Shown in pieces: positions 26,046 to 39,842 of a stretch of 64,000 nucleotides of DNA. Each line of letters opens with the position of its first letter. Positions within the stretch are counted from its first letter, which is position 1. The notes beneath the pieces are model-generated. The model ran no database searches. It was given only the letters and a program-made list of their open reading frames with translations, and was not told the DNA's origin. The position numbers were made by a program, and so were the translations under genes. Source of the stretch: Octopus vulgaris (lineage: Eukaryota); assembly GCA_951406725.2 (NCBI GenBank), contig OX597823.1, positions 36,084,001-36,148,000 of the forward strand, read 5' to 3'.

Positions 26046-28232
26046 TCCTCTGTCAGTCCTTGTTGGCATGGTTGGGTGACTCAACAGGATCTAACTAGCT
26101 GGAGGATTGAATTGAGCTACACACACAATGGACTATTTTCAGTCTGTCTACCAAATCCTCTCACAAGGCAAGTGTTGATTAAGTTTAAGAAACTTAGTCA
26201 GGTAGTAATCCATTTTTTATGACAAAAGATAAACTAACTTGAAAAATAAAGTTGTTCTGAGATGTGTATCCCCATCCTATTGATTTAGTGGATAGGGGAT
26301 GCACAATAATGCCATCAAGCAGAAAGCCCAGGAAATGACACATTCTCTCCTAAGTCAACTAGTGTAGAATTTGTATCTGCAAGTTGTTCGAAAAAAATAA
26401 TATTGGTGTGAGCCTGGTGTAAAGTTAGTGTGAATAAAACCATTTGTGAAATATACATTTTGTCTTGACTGTAAAAATATCAAATTAATATGAAAATTCT
26501 TTTGGTTTGGCATTTTTGGAAACATATTTGATAAGTTATATTTCTAGTTATTAATTCCAATGTTGTCTTCATCTTTGAAATGTACTTCACTATCTTATTG
26601 TTTTCTCTATAGAAATAGTTTTCTTTTTCAATTCCAAAACTTTTCAGAATTAAATTTTTATGTTATTATGGATATGTTCCATGACAATTTTGATTTTTAG
26701 TCTTTAAACATTAGTACAAGGGTTAGATTTCACAAATGTCTATACTTGACACATTGTTAGTGGGTATGGCTTTACAGTTTGATTGTTGGGCAAGTTTTCA
26801 TGCATTAAGCTTCCAGTTTGTTAGTTGTGTTCGTTTAAGATCATGTCTAACTCTTCAAAAAATTGCCCCCTGCACTTATGTTCTTTAAATTTTTTTGGTT
26901 TACTCCCCCATGATATTATAAAATGCTTCTGATTTCAAGCATTAAACTTACATTCATAACACTTGATGTTCTTACTTTGTGTTATTTTAGGATTGCTAGT
27001 TCTCTTCTTTATAAAATATAGATTCACCATATTTATTGTGCACAACTACCATTTTCTGCTATTAAATCCAACTACTAAAAGTTTAAATTTAGCAAATAGA
27101 GATAACATGCTGAGTTATATCAAGAATGAATAGCAATATAAATAAGTTGTACAAAAATAGTCATTTAGACATGTACGTACATACATGGCAACATAATCTC
27201 CCCCACTCTCAAGGTATTGGTGTTAATAATATCTAATGGGTAACCTACATTCAAATACTAACCACATATAACCCTCAGATATGGTCTGACACCTTTGAAA
27301 ATTCCACTATGGCTAACTCAATAATTTACATATATCCAACTCATGGAAAATAGATGTAGAATGACGATAATAATTTCCTTTTAGTTTTCATTTATTGTTT
27401 AGTTATATTTTTTCATATTCCATTAGAATGTTTTAATGGGATGTAGAGTTGCACTGGCCCTATTGGTTGATTTGCTTTTGTTGTGAGATTATCCTAATAA
27501 AATATTAAAATCTCTCTGACAAAGAAAAAAAAATCTTGTGTATTTCTAATCAATATTTTGGAAATGGTCAAATTGAACTTCTTGCTTCATGTCAGTGTGT
27601 TGAAAGAAATTTAAGATTGACATTTCATGTAGTTTTGATTTTGCTTGTAAATCTTGCACACTATAAATGTCAAAGACAAGTGTTTCTTAGGAAACAAACC
27701 TCTTAGAGTCGATGAGAAAGCCTCAATTGGTCATTCAACCTACTAGAAATACCAGCTAAATAGACCTTAAATCACACCACACTTTTGTTAAAACTAGGAA
27801 GAAACAATGGCTAATGTAATTTTGAGAACATGTTGTCTGAGGCTAACTAACTTAAGGAAAACAAGGATTTAAAGACCTGGTTAATGAAAACAAATGCTGG
27901 AATGTTTGAAGAACACCCAAATTTCTTAACAGATATGTATGTATGCATGCATGCATAGGCTATAGTAGAAGACACTTGCCCAAGGTGCCATGCAGTGGGA
28001 CTGAACCTGGAATCGTGTGGTTGGTAAGCAAGCTATTTACCACACAGCCACTCCTACATATGTATGTATAGGAAGAATTAACAAAAGACGAAGGCAGGTG
28101 GTGTAGACAACAAACACGTGTATTAGCTTAACACTCAGGAAGTGAAAAGTCCTTAACATTTCAAGCCTTCACTCTTACACAGAAAGAAATGGAGAGAGAA
28201 AATAAAAAAAATGTGTAGTGGCTAGCGATATA

Positions 28233-28872
28233 TCATCATCATCATTTACCATCCGCTTTCCATGCTAGCATGGGTTGGACGGTTTGGCTGAGGGCTGGCT
28301 GCACTAGGCTCCAGTCTTGATAAGGCAGATTTCTACGGCTGGATGCCCTTCCTAACGCCAACCACTCCAAGAGTGTAGTGGGTGCTTTTACGTGCCACCG
28401 GCACGGGGACCAGTCAGGCGGTACTCACTCGAATCTTTTTATACATGCCACAAGCACAGGTGCCAGTAAGATGATGCTGGTAACTATCATGCTCGATTGG
28501 TGCCTTTTACATGCCACTGGCACGGAAGCTTGGATGGTGCTCTTAGCACCCTACTAGCATGGGGCACAAGTGCCAGTAAGGCGACGCTGGTAATGATCAC
28601 ACTCGAATGGTGCCTTTTATGTACCACTGGCATGGTAGCTGGTTAGTTACTCTGTCAACGATCACACTCGTATGGTGGTCTTTGCACCCCGCTAGCACGG
28701 GTGTCCGTCATCGAATTTCACTTTGATTTTGATTTCACTTGTCTCAACAGGTCTTCGCAAGCAGAGTTTAGCGTCCAAAGAAGGAAAAAGTACGCATAAG
28801 TGGGCTGGTTACACACCTGGCATAGGCCACAAGGTTATGGTCTCATTTGGCTTGCCGGGTCTTCTCAAGCAC
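28233..28872 (-). mobile_element. RTE-type 3' UTR element with internal tandem units
   Basis: (CAT)n plus CCATGCTAGCATGG tail; repeated ggtgc(c)ttttacrtgccac and caagtgccagtaag units. Confidence 0.75.
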
Positions 28873-30742
28873 GAAACTATTTAGTTACAAACTTTTATAC
28901 ATGGCTCCTCTTAGTACAATTAAATGATATAATGATACCTTGTTCAATTATTATCAGAATACTTTTCCATTTTTTCAAGTAGAAAGACTCTGTGCTTTTA
29001 CAAACTTAGGAAAACAAGACAAATATTGACTATGTAGTCACTTATTAGTAATTTTTAGGTTTCTATTGTTTCTTGTAGTTTTCACCGTTTAATGCTGCTT
29101 GATATTTTTGTTTCATTTGTGATTGGCTTAACTTCATACTTTCACCCCACTATTTTCTTGACGTCTTCTAGGAAGACTTGGACATCCATTACAAGATGTT
29201 CAGTGAAAGAGATTCCCTTGATGAGTATAAAGTTAAGATACACATAAATAAGTTCACCATGCCTGCCTGGGAACTTGGAATGTAAGTTCTGGAATAAGTA
29301 TTGCAACACTTATTAGAACTCTAAGAGTTCTACCAGTCCACATTCCCAACTGGTTGATACTTTGTTTTATTGACTTGGAGTGATGAAGAGCAAAGTTAAT
29401 CTCAGTAGAATTTGAACTCAGAGCACAGACGAAAAGAATATCAAATAATTATTTAAAATATAGATAATGAAGCAACTAGCAAAAAAAAAAATGTATCTGA
29501 TCATTAGTCCTGCCTGAATATATTATAATTATAGAACATGTATGGTCATTATGTAGATTGTGAATAATTAACCTAATTGGTTTCTGTATTGGATGAATAC
29601 CCAAAGTAACCCTAAAACATTTCTAGTAAATGACTTGTCATAGAAATTAAACTTAAATGTTTTGATACATATCAAGTTACGCACACACAAACATAGTGAA
29701 GGATGCGAATACTTCAGTAAAAATCTCACATTATTAACCTGAAATATCTAGACCTAAGAAAAACAAATATTAAAAAAAATTTTGAAGCATATTCTAGTAT
29801 TGTTGTGGTTCTAAACACTATATTTGTCAAAAGATTATCAGTCACTATATTGCAGCCTTTACCACTGAAGCATGCATTTTCAAAATAGTACAGTAGATTG
29901 TTCAGTTCCATTATACAGAGCCATTTTTAGACTGTTTAATTCAAATTGATTATATGTGATGTTTCATAAATTATTGCTGAAAAAGTTTTTATGAAAAATG
30001 TGTTCAGGGATTAGAAATTGGTGCAAAAATAATTGCCATTTTTAAGCATCAAATTAGAATATATGTTATTAATTGAAAAAAATAACCATTAGAATCCCCC
30101 TTCCCCAACAACAATGCTTTTTCAATAGTATTAAATTCTAGAGTCTTAGACCGGTGTTTTTTTTTGCTGATTGATTCTTGAACATATTTTGCAGGAATTT
30201 ATCAAAAGGCTTAAAGTACTACTCAGTCTGTAGAGTGAGCTGGAAGAGATAGTTTCATAATCCTGCTGGACAGTATCGAGGAGAAATTGACATTGTTACT
30301 ACAGTTTCAGCACATTTTGTTGTTTTTTTGACAATGCTGTGATGGTTTCTCCATAATTGTAAAAGTAGAAGTGGATGATTCCATTTGTTGATCATCCCTT
30401 TCTTTTGACTCAGCTTCAATTTGGGAAAGTATTTCAGTCCAACTCTACATAGAATGCTGTTCTTTGTCATGTTATCACAATGAGAAAAATTATTTTGTAT
30501 CTGTATAAAGGAAGTGTAGTCGTCATAGTGGCCTTTTTTTTTTTTTTTTTGCGCTGAACTCGTGCAAGATCCATTTGTTGTCCATTTTTGATGTGAATGG
30601 CTATAGATTAAGTCTTCTGCAGTCCCTTTGGCTTTGCATGCATTCACTTCAAACATGGTTCTCAAGTCCCTTAACCTTCCAAAGTCTCTTCTTAAAAATG
30701 CTGTTACATGAACACTATCATCTCTTTAACAGTCAAATTAAA

Positions 30743-32846
30743 AGGGCCACAATCACATACCAATTAATTTCATTAGGTAACGGAAATTTTCAGAATATGA
30801 AAGGTTTATGTTAAAAAATGGGTACTACTCAGATATGTCGAGGGGCACTAACACTCAAATATAGATATTTACAATGTTTACAAATTGTAAATATATTTCA
30901 GAAAAAATTTTAAAATTTCAAATGTAGCATTCCTCTACAAAACTATTTCCTATAGTTAATGGTAATGAAATTTTGAAAGGATATATATGGGTTAACCCTT
31001 TTATTGCAGAAATCAGATAAAACTCAGTCAAATCAGTGAAAACTTATTCTCAAAATAAACATAATTTTTAAGATAACAAAGAGCACAGTCATTTTTACAC
31101 TAAATGAGTTAAGGAATTGCACATTCTAGATGATTGTAAGGTAATAAGACATGGCAACGATGTTAATATATTATTAATAGTAGGTTTTATGAATAAGTTA
31201 TGTAGTAAGTTCTGGTTTGTTGTACAAAAATTTTAGTCTTAGTTTATTATTGGAAATAGACACTTAGAAAACAATGCCATTTCATGACTTAGCACATAAA
31301 ATGATTGGTGAACTAAATATTGAGTCACCCCTTACATAATGTGTTTTTTTTCACATACATGAAAAGTTGGAGGGGGATAGGATAAACTACCTGCATCAAC
31401 TTGCTATAAAACCAAGTAATAATTTTACCTTGTCCTTATTCTTGGTGCAAGTTTTGAAGAATGCAGTTCGATTTTAAGTTATTTTTTTCAAAGCTATAAT
31501 GGAAGTGACAAAGGAGTATATTTGGATATTTTGCTTTGAGTCCAATAAAGGCAACAATGCAATGGAAAGTGTGAAGAATATTAATGTAGAATATGGAGAT
31601 TGGACAATAAGCATAAGCCAGTGTCAACAGTGGTTCCAGAAATTACAGCCTTGTCCGGGAAGCTCTGTAGAGCTCAACGAGGATGTCCTGCAAACCCTGG
31701 TGAAACAAAATCCCACCATAACTGTTGTGGAGCTTGCTGAGAAGCTTGGATTTGGTCATTCATTGACACCTGTGTGCCATCAGAAAAGTAAGCAAATTGG
31801 GTCAATGGGTTCCTCACAAACTTACCAAGTCTAATCGCGTGCAGAGAGTGAATGTGTGCTCTTCTTTGCTGTCATGTCTACCAAATGAACCTTTTTTGGA
31901 TCAAATAGTGACAAGAAATGGGTTCTCTATAAAATGAGTAGGGAAAGAAGAAACTCCAGGCTAAAGGTCTTCACTGATGTAAGGTGTTGTTATCAGTTGG
32001 ATGGGATATGAAAGGGTTAGTCCACTTTGAACTTGTAAATCCAAACCAAACAATAACAAAGTGTGAGCAGCTTAGGTCAGTGTTTCAAGAAAAACAACCA
32101 TCTTTGGTTTCAAGACAGAAGTTGTTCTTCCATCAGGATAATGTTCAGCCACATACAGTGAGGATGACATTCCAAAGCCTGGAGTAGTTTGAATGTGAAA
32201 CAATGCCCCACCCATCATTTTCACCAGTCATTGCTCCGTTTGATTATCATTTATTCCACAGTTTTCAAAACCATTGGGATAGAAAATATCAATTCTGTAG
32301 ATGAGGTCAGAAAAGTCCTGGAGTATTATTTTTTGTCACAAACATGTGAATTTTGGAAGAGGAGCCTTGCAAGTCTACCAGATAGATGGAAGAGCATTGC
32401 AGAAAATGGAGAGTATATTTTAGATAAAAAGAGAAAAAAAAACTTAATTTTGAAAAATAAAAGAAGTATTAAAAAAAAACCCACATTATTTATGGGATGG
32501 CCCAACACTTTCAATCTTGAGGGCAGTAAATTTGCCTTTATTACTGTGGTAAAATCTTGAAAAAAATTGTTATGGCATGTCTGAAGAGAGGAGTTTTCAC
32601 TAGCAATTACTGTAGAAGTTACTTTGGTTTACATTGGTTACAGATGTTGTTAGGGTAATCTCAATATTTCTGTACTTAATTTAGTTTCTGAAATATATAT
32701 ACAATTTGTAAACATCGTAAATATCTATATTTGATTATTAGTGCCCCTTGACATATCTGGCTAGTACCTATTTTGTAATATAAACATTTTATATTCTGAA
32801 AATTTCCGTTACCTAATGAAATTAATTGGTATGTGATTGTGGCCCT
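30743..32846. mobile_element. Non-autonomous DNA transposon with about 165-bp TIRs (Kolobok- or Harbinger-like termini)
   Basis: AGGGCCACAATCACATACCAATTAATTTCATTAGGTAACGGAAATTTTCAGAATAT at 30743 is the exact reverse complement of the sequence ending at 32846. Flanks ttaaa and ttat. Superfamily uncertain. Confidence 0.8.
31320..32505 (+). mobile_element. mariner transposon, decayed, nested in a fold-back element
   Basis: TIRs TTGAGTCACCCCTTACATAATGTG and CACATTATTTATGGGATGGCCCAA. Fragments MEVTKEYI, ELAEKLGFGHS, VGWDMKGLVHFELV, FHQDNVQPH, LPDRWKSIAENGEYI. Confidence 0.88.
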
Positions 32847-35187
32847 TTATATTCAAATTCCTGTAATATATGAGCTCTCTTGGGTTTGTGGCCAGTATTT
32901 AAATTTTAACAAGTATTTTTATGTTTCTCTCCCCTATTCGTAAATTAAGTCTGTATCTGATTTATGTCACTAGTTTCAGTTAACATTATACAGATTTCCA
33001 TGCTATCCCCCACCTTGTTTTTATCTGTTGGGTATATTGATGATTAGTAAATAGCACAGTTTGTTGTCAATACCTCAGTCTGTATATGTGGTGGTGTAAA
33101 TGGATGAAAGGACACAATAGTCTGTTTTTGTTAAACTATATAAAAGTTATATCTGTTAAAAAAAATATGTGAATTTGGCAAATATTCACATTTTAGAAGC
33201 ATCAGGTAGATCCTAGCAAAGAAGTTTATAATGTGAAATCTATTAAAAGAACATAGTTGTGATGGCTATGTCCAAAGCAATCAGTTGATTCAAGTTTCTT
33301 TCTGACACTAATTTATGGAATAAATTTACTTTCGTGAGATGATAGCATTATTATTGTGTCAGACAAAATACTTTGTGACATTTCTTCCAGCTCTTTACAT
33401 TAAATTCTACCTGGGTTGAATTTGCCTCCAATCCTTTTGGAGCTAATATAATAAAATACCAGTCAAGTGGTTTGATGTAATCAGCTTGCTCTTTCCTTCA
33501 AATTTGCTGGCCTTGTGTCAAAATCAGAAACAAAAAATTTACCGACTTGACTTTTGGGGTTGAAATACCTATTTTATAATAGATGTTTTAATTACAAATT
33601 GTATTATTGTCAACATTTCTCTTTATATCTAGAAATGTATCATCTAACAATAATTGTAAATTTGTACAGATTGGAATATATTGAACTTTGTTGTTCATCA
33701 AATAAAATTTATGGTATTTAGAAATAAAAGAAAAGCATCTTTGTCTTGAACATTGATAATGTTTTTAAATATTCCCATCTTATATGTATATTTTGTATTC
33801 AAGATTAAAGCTAAATCTGATGTACAGGGAATAAATAATTTAAAAGAAAAGGGAGCTGCTGTAAAAGTTTGTTAAAAATCATGTCTGTACTTAATCGTAG
33901 AGCTGTTTTTGTATCACAGTTTCTATTTTTAATTATCTCCTATAATTCTGAGGATTAATGTATATTCAACAACAAGCTATTTCTGACACTGACTCTCCCA
34001 CTTTCCAAAATTGATATTTGTTAAATAGTTTCAATTTTGATAGTTTGAGTTTGAAGTTAATTTCTGTTTAGCTAACATAAGGTGAATAGTGTTTGTATTA
34101 ACTATAATTTACCAAATGGATGTTACATACGTGTGCGTGTGTTGTTTTTAATGAAAATATATAGAGTTGTGACTTATATCAGATGTTGCTGTAGTAGGTT
34201 CTCTTCAGACTTAAGCATCTACTCGTGTTCTAAGAAGATCATTTATACAACCTTCCTTTCTTCTATTGACATAGCATTTTATTTCACAGTTAAGCAATCA
34301 ATAGTAATTAATAAAACTATGTAAATCTACAACCCATTCAATGACTGATGTCAGCAACTTGTCAGGATTGGGAAAAATTAAAATGTTATTTTCTTTATTG
34401 ACTCTAAGCAAGTTACAAATTTTCTGTAAATTTATATGAAATTAATTTCAAAACACACCTAAACTTGGGGCATTTTACAATTGGAGTTTCTAAAACATTT
34501 AAAGATATAACACTGGTCATGTCTGATTAAATTACTGGAATAGTATAGGTTTTAGCAGCTTTGCTAAAAGATGAGCTTAAAATTTTTATTTTTTTAGGAA
34601 GTCCTAAAGTACATTCAAGAAAATCTAATTTTTGTTAATTAGTTGGCAATAGCTCCATTAATCATTGGTTAACATCCTGAATTATATGCACCACCACCAA
34701 CAACTCTGAAACCATTTGTGTCAATTTGATTTGCTCTTTAAATCCTCTCTGTGATTGTTAATTAGCATTAAACTCTTACTGATGCCACAAAAAGAAGCTC
34801 CTCCATAATTGTATAAAGTGGTTGGTAATAGGAAGGGTATCCAACTGTAGAAATCATGCCAAAGCAGAAATCAATACACAACACAGTAGCCCAGCTCATC
34901 AGATCCTGTCACACTGTCTAACCCATCCCTCCATGGAAGATGGACATTAAATGATGATGATGTACACTACTTGAAATACAAAAATCTTACCAGAACTACG
35001 GAACAGAATTATTTTGTTAATACTTTATATATTACAATATAAAATACTTCATATTTCTGGTGCTCAAGTATTTTTTTTTAAACAAAACATTGCTAGCTCT
35101 TCTGTTTCAGTTGAATTATCTTCCTCTTTTTTTTCCCCCTCATTTTTTTTTTTTTTTCTTTCTTTAACCCCCTCCTCTATTTTAAAG

Positions 35188-35309
35188 CTGGCTGAATCCA
35201 AAGTTTTCATTGCTTCGTCTGTGCAGAGTGTCCCACCTACTGAACCCTGTGCTGTAGCCCCGTCAGGTTCACCAGCCATGAACGATGCAACTAATACCAG
35301 TCTCTCAAG
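35188..35309 (+). CDS. UBAP2: UBAP2 homologue, exon E (LAESKVFIASSVQ...TSLSR)
   Basis: Very long pyrimidine tract, tttaaag|CTG GCT GAA TCC AAA GTT TTC...TCA AG|gtaggc. Completes the conserved WTGS-LAESKVF motif. Phase 0 to 2. Confidence 0.9.
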
Positions 35310-36939
35310 GTAGGCTAAAAGTTTTAACTTTCCTATAACCTCTTTTTTTTTAAAAATTTCTAATAAAACATTGATGCTTTCAGCTTGGCCTCTGCTATTG
35401 CTAACCTGTATCATCACAGATTTAACTCCTTCAGTACCATCCTAGCTTTTTGCATAGTCCCCACCCCCTTAGAACACTGGGCATCAGTTTGAAAATGGCT
35501 GTTTCATGCATGATATGTTGGGTTTTGGTGTGCTACTTCCAGTTTCTTTGTATTTTTCTCTATTCTATCCTGCAAAAAAATGTTTGATACAGGAATATTT
35601 TAACAAGTGTTCATTAAAGAAATTTGATTTCCTAATGAATTAGAATTATGAAAATAAGGTTCTAACACAATTATACACTTGCACATGGTAAGCCTATGCT
35701 TGTGTGTCTATTTAATAATGACTTAAGTGTGGAGGGATGAACTGTGTCTGTGGTCTTCGCAGGCCCTCCAAGATATTTTTCCTGAAATATTACTGCAGCA
35801 GGTGTTAAATGTTAGAGGCGTGTAGCTGACTACTTTGTCATGGAAGTCAGAGAAAAATAACCATGAAAAAAATGTTATTGAATTTTATTTGACCTTGTGA
35901 CAAATATAATTATTGATGACAAAATTAATTGCCAAAAATATTAATTCAGAATGTGGAGAGAAGAAAAAAATGTTTGATGTATTCTAAATGTTTTACAATG
36001 TTAAATGTATGAGCAGAGTTCATTTCAAAAAATCCTTTTTATTTTTTATTATATTATAAAGTTTCAATTTTTCCCTTTTTCAAACAAAATGGTTTACAAA
36101 TTTTATTTGCAACCATTTGCTGTCAATTCTTTTGTTTTTTAATATTTTTGCTGGTTTCACTTGAGAAGACAAACTTGACTAATTTTCAAAATAAGAACAG
36201 CAAAGTTTGAGATTTATGTGCATTTTAGATTTTCATGTGAATTTGTTTACACAAAATGGGTAGAGTTATGAAAATATTTGAAAAAAACTACAAAAATCCA
36301 TTCACACTTGCATAATATTTACTAATCCTACTTTGATGATTAGCTATTGGAGTTTGTGTGTGTGTTTGCATTTAAATAGGTACTAATTTTAGCAAAAGTT
36401 CATGCTGACACCCAAATGATAACACTGTTTCAACTGAGCTGTTTTGACAATCTTCGAAATACTTTAATATATTTACTGCCATTAAAATGGGAATGTTTTA
36501 CTAACATATCCCAAATAAGTAATAGGTACAGAAAAAAAAACTCTTCCAGATTAAAAAGCAATTCCAAATAGATTTCTTAAACATTTCTTTTACAGTATTT
36601 AGATTGGTTGTTTTGTAGGCTTTGTAAACAGTCTAAACACAACAAGATCATGCTTTTGATTAACCCTTCACACACACATACATACACACACTGAGTTATA
36701 CATTTGTTGCTCAAAATGTTGAAAATATCAGCCAAAACATTCACCAAATGTAGAATATCATAGTATATGTAGCACAGTACTAACATGGCAAGAACACCAT
36801 AGTAATTTATTAACAACTGATCTGGGACAACACCTAAGGCCGTTAAATAGATACTCAACCTGTTAGATACAACAGTCAAATTTCTCTTGAAGCACATGGA
36901 ACTGTGTTCATGCTAAATTTTGCAAAGGAAAAGAAAGCA

Positions 36940-37638
36940 CAATATCCCATCCAAAAAATATCAACTAGATTGTGGCTGAGAGATGATAGTTTACAGTAGC
37001 TGCCCTCAGCTTCTGCCATAGCCTTAAAATGCCCCCAGAGCCTGGCACATTCATTCCTCACTGTGTCCCTAGGAAGGTTTTCGAAACCTTGATTTTGGCC
37101 ACCAGATTGTCCTTGATGTCTTTTTCAACCATGGTCCACACATAGTAATATACGGGATTCTAATTGAGATAGGGGAGGGTTAGGAGGCCACAACAACCAC
37201 TTCTCTTTTCAGGGGTATGGCAAGGAGCTGAATCCTGCCGTCACATGTACAGCATTCCAGCAGCTCCACGAAGCCATCTGAATTGAGCCTAAGGCCATGT
37301 TCAAAGATGTGGGGATGAATCCAGCATTTAGATGTCACCAGAGTGCCTTCTCTGTCACTTCTTACTGGCCATATCTTTGTAGTGTCCGTTGTAGCTGTTT
37401 ATATCAGTATCTTTCAGCTTTTACAGTATTCACAAAGCATTGAACAGCAGTCATGATTTCAACATTTTGATACCTGGCATGAATCTTTTCCAATATTCAG
37501 ATGGCTTCCAATTCTCTGAGCTAACTTTTTCTCAATTGTAACTTCAATCTTTATACTTTCCTAATGTTTACTAATACATCAAGCTCTTCCTGAAAATAAG
37601 AGACATAGAAACTTGCCAAATTTAACTCAATTGCCCTA
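36940..37638 (-). mobile_element. Same family as 23509-24294, copy 2
   Basis: Shared block gccatctgaattgagcctaaggcc...ttcaaagatgtggggatgaa. Remnant WPPN...YYVWTMVEKD. Decayed right TIR near 37612-37638. Confidence 0.75.
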
Positions 37639-38644
37639 AATGTAGGAGATCAGTCTTACAAACTATGGAGAGTGCCTGTGAAGAAGGGTAAAGAGCAACT
37701 TATGAAATTCAAGGTTTGGCCCACCTCCTCGGTCACACATGTTTGTGAATTCATTTTACATTTGTTTTTCCATTAGACAAAATGTATTATTGAAGCATTG
37801 CTTTATGGCTCATTTCCTTTCCTGTCACCCACATTTGTTTTTCAAGTAAAGAATCTCTTACTTGACAAAGCTTTGAAAGTGCAGAGCCAGCTGGTAGTTT
37901 GTTGATAGGGAAAGGATAATATCAGTGTGCAGACTTGTACATATGTATGTTTGTATGTGTATACATACACAAAAGGCTTTATACAGTTTCTGTCTACCAT
38001 ATTCAATCATAGCAAGACAGTGGTCAACCCAGGACAATAGTAAAGGACATTTGCTTCACTGTGCCACACAGTGGAATTGAACATGAAACCGTATGGTTGT
38101 GTAGCAAACTTCCAAATCACTCAGCCATGCAATGTGAAGGTATGCATAACCTTATTAAAATAATGAGCAGAAACTGGATTTTTTAATTTTTTATATATTT
38201 TTTCCTGGTAGTATAAATTAATGAAAAGTTTTTTTGTTCCACCATAAATTAAAAATTTAAAAGCCAAGTAAATTTAAGAAAGTAATTACAAAAACTGTTT
38301 CTTCTTTGGGAATATGTAGAACGTTTGCCAAGTGTTTCAGTTGAGCCTCACTGGAAACATAACTCACTCTTTGTGACCATTCTAACTAAGATGATTGACA
38401 GAAAACAGAGAAAGCTGTGCTACTGATAGAATTTCACCTTTTCTTAGTTACAGGTGGATGATAATATTTTTCCAATTGTGTTGTAAGATGTGTTCAGACC
38501 TACAGATGGTTCCCTTGCTTTTAGAGCTTCTTATAATTTGTTATAGAGTAAAAGAAAAAAAAAAAGTTTACAATATTCATATTTACTACACCAAGTATCA
38601 CCACCATCACCATTTATTAGCCTATCATTAACTGTCATTATCAA

Positions 38645-39477
38645 AAAGGTGGTATCAAAAAGTTTTCCAAACTAGTTCTGTAGTATGCCAATAGATTGTA
38701 GCACAGAGTTGCGTGTGCACTGAGGGCTAGCAATGACCTTCATGAGGCAGTGTGCCAAGTGACATCACTGTGTTTACTTTCACAAGTTGTGAAATTTGTG
38801 TTATGATCCCATGTATGCTGTAGTCTGCAATTTTGTCATGGACAGAAACAAAGAACCAACTTGAAATATTGGGAAGTCTGCTACAGAGTCATTGAACAAG
38901 CTTATGGTGACAAGGCAATGGGTCATACGCATTTCAAGTGGCACAGGTACTTCAAAAGAAAAAGAATATCCCTGGAAGACCTGCCACAAGCATCATCCCC
39001 CAGAAATGTGGTATTCTGCATTGAGAATTTGTCCCCCAGGGCCAGACCATCAATTGAGAGTTCTACATTTTGGAGTGTTTGAGGGAGGACATTCAGCTAA
39101 AGTGACCGGATATGTGGAGCACAAAGAATTGGATTCTTCACCAAGTTCTCTTTGTGAATTTCTCGCCAAAAACAACATGGAATTGTTTCTGTACCTGCCC
39201 AATATAGCACCTGCGGACTTCAATATCTTCCTCAAGAGAAAATGCAGCTCAAAGGTTGTCATTTTAACACTGTTGTTGAGATCCAGAGCTAATCACATGA
39301 AGGTTCTTGACTCATTTAAGGAAAATAACTTCCAGGCCGGATTCCTATAGTGGCAGAAATACAGGGACCAGTGTATTGCTGCAAAAGGTGACTATTTCAA
39401 AGGAGATTATGTTAAAACTGAGGTAAATAAGTTTTCATTAAACAGAACTAGCCTGGGAACCTTTTGATGCCACCTTC
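38645..39477 (+). mobile_element. mariner element, internally deleted
   Basis: TIRs AAGGTGGTATCAAAAAGTT and ACCTTTTGATGCCACCTT. Fragments IEQAYGDKAMGHTHFKWHRYFK, EFLAKNNM...PNIAPADF, DQCIAAKGDYF. Confidence 0.85.
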
Positions 39478-39842
39478 TAATTGGTTCACTATATAACTGC
39501 TGTTCACTATTTTTATAAACATGGAAGACATGATTACTATTGTCTATCTCTCTGTAGTTGCTAGAAAATATTCTTTCTACCTTTGCACCCCCCCCCTCTC
39601 CGGAAATCCAAAGATGGCATTTTTCTACTTGAGAATCTCACATGAATATAGACACAGAAACTATCACAATTTTCATTAAAAATCTTTGGTGCTAGTTATG
39701 GGCACGACACATTTCATATTACATTGTACTATTGCTGATATCCTTTCTGCTTGAGTAAAAGTCATCCACACAAGTGACACCCCTCCATCTGCTTCACAGA
39801 CCTAAACTTTTACACTCTAAACTGTGGGTTTGATTGCTATAT

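Noticed and set aside
28380-28700. Spaced direct repeats superficially like a CRISPR array
   Set aside because: Eukaryotic context; the spacers are themselves repeated; part of the RTE-type 3' UTR.
30255-30665. 136-aa minus-strand ORF
   Set aside because: No recognisable domain and crosses a homopolymer run; possibly an old TE remnant but unsupported.
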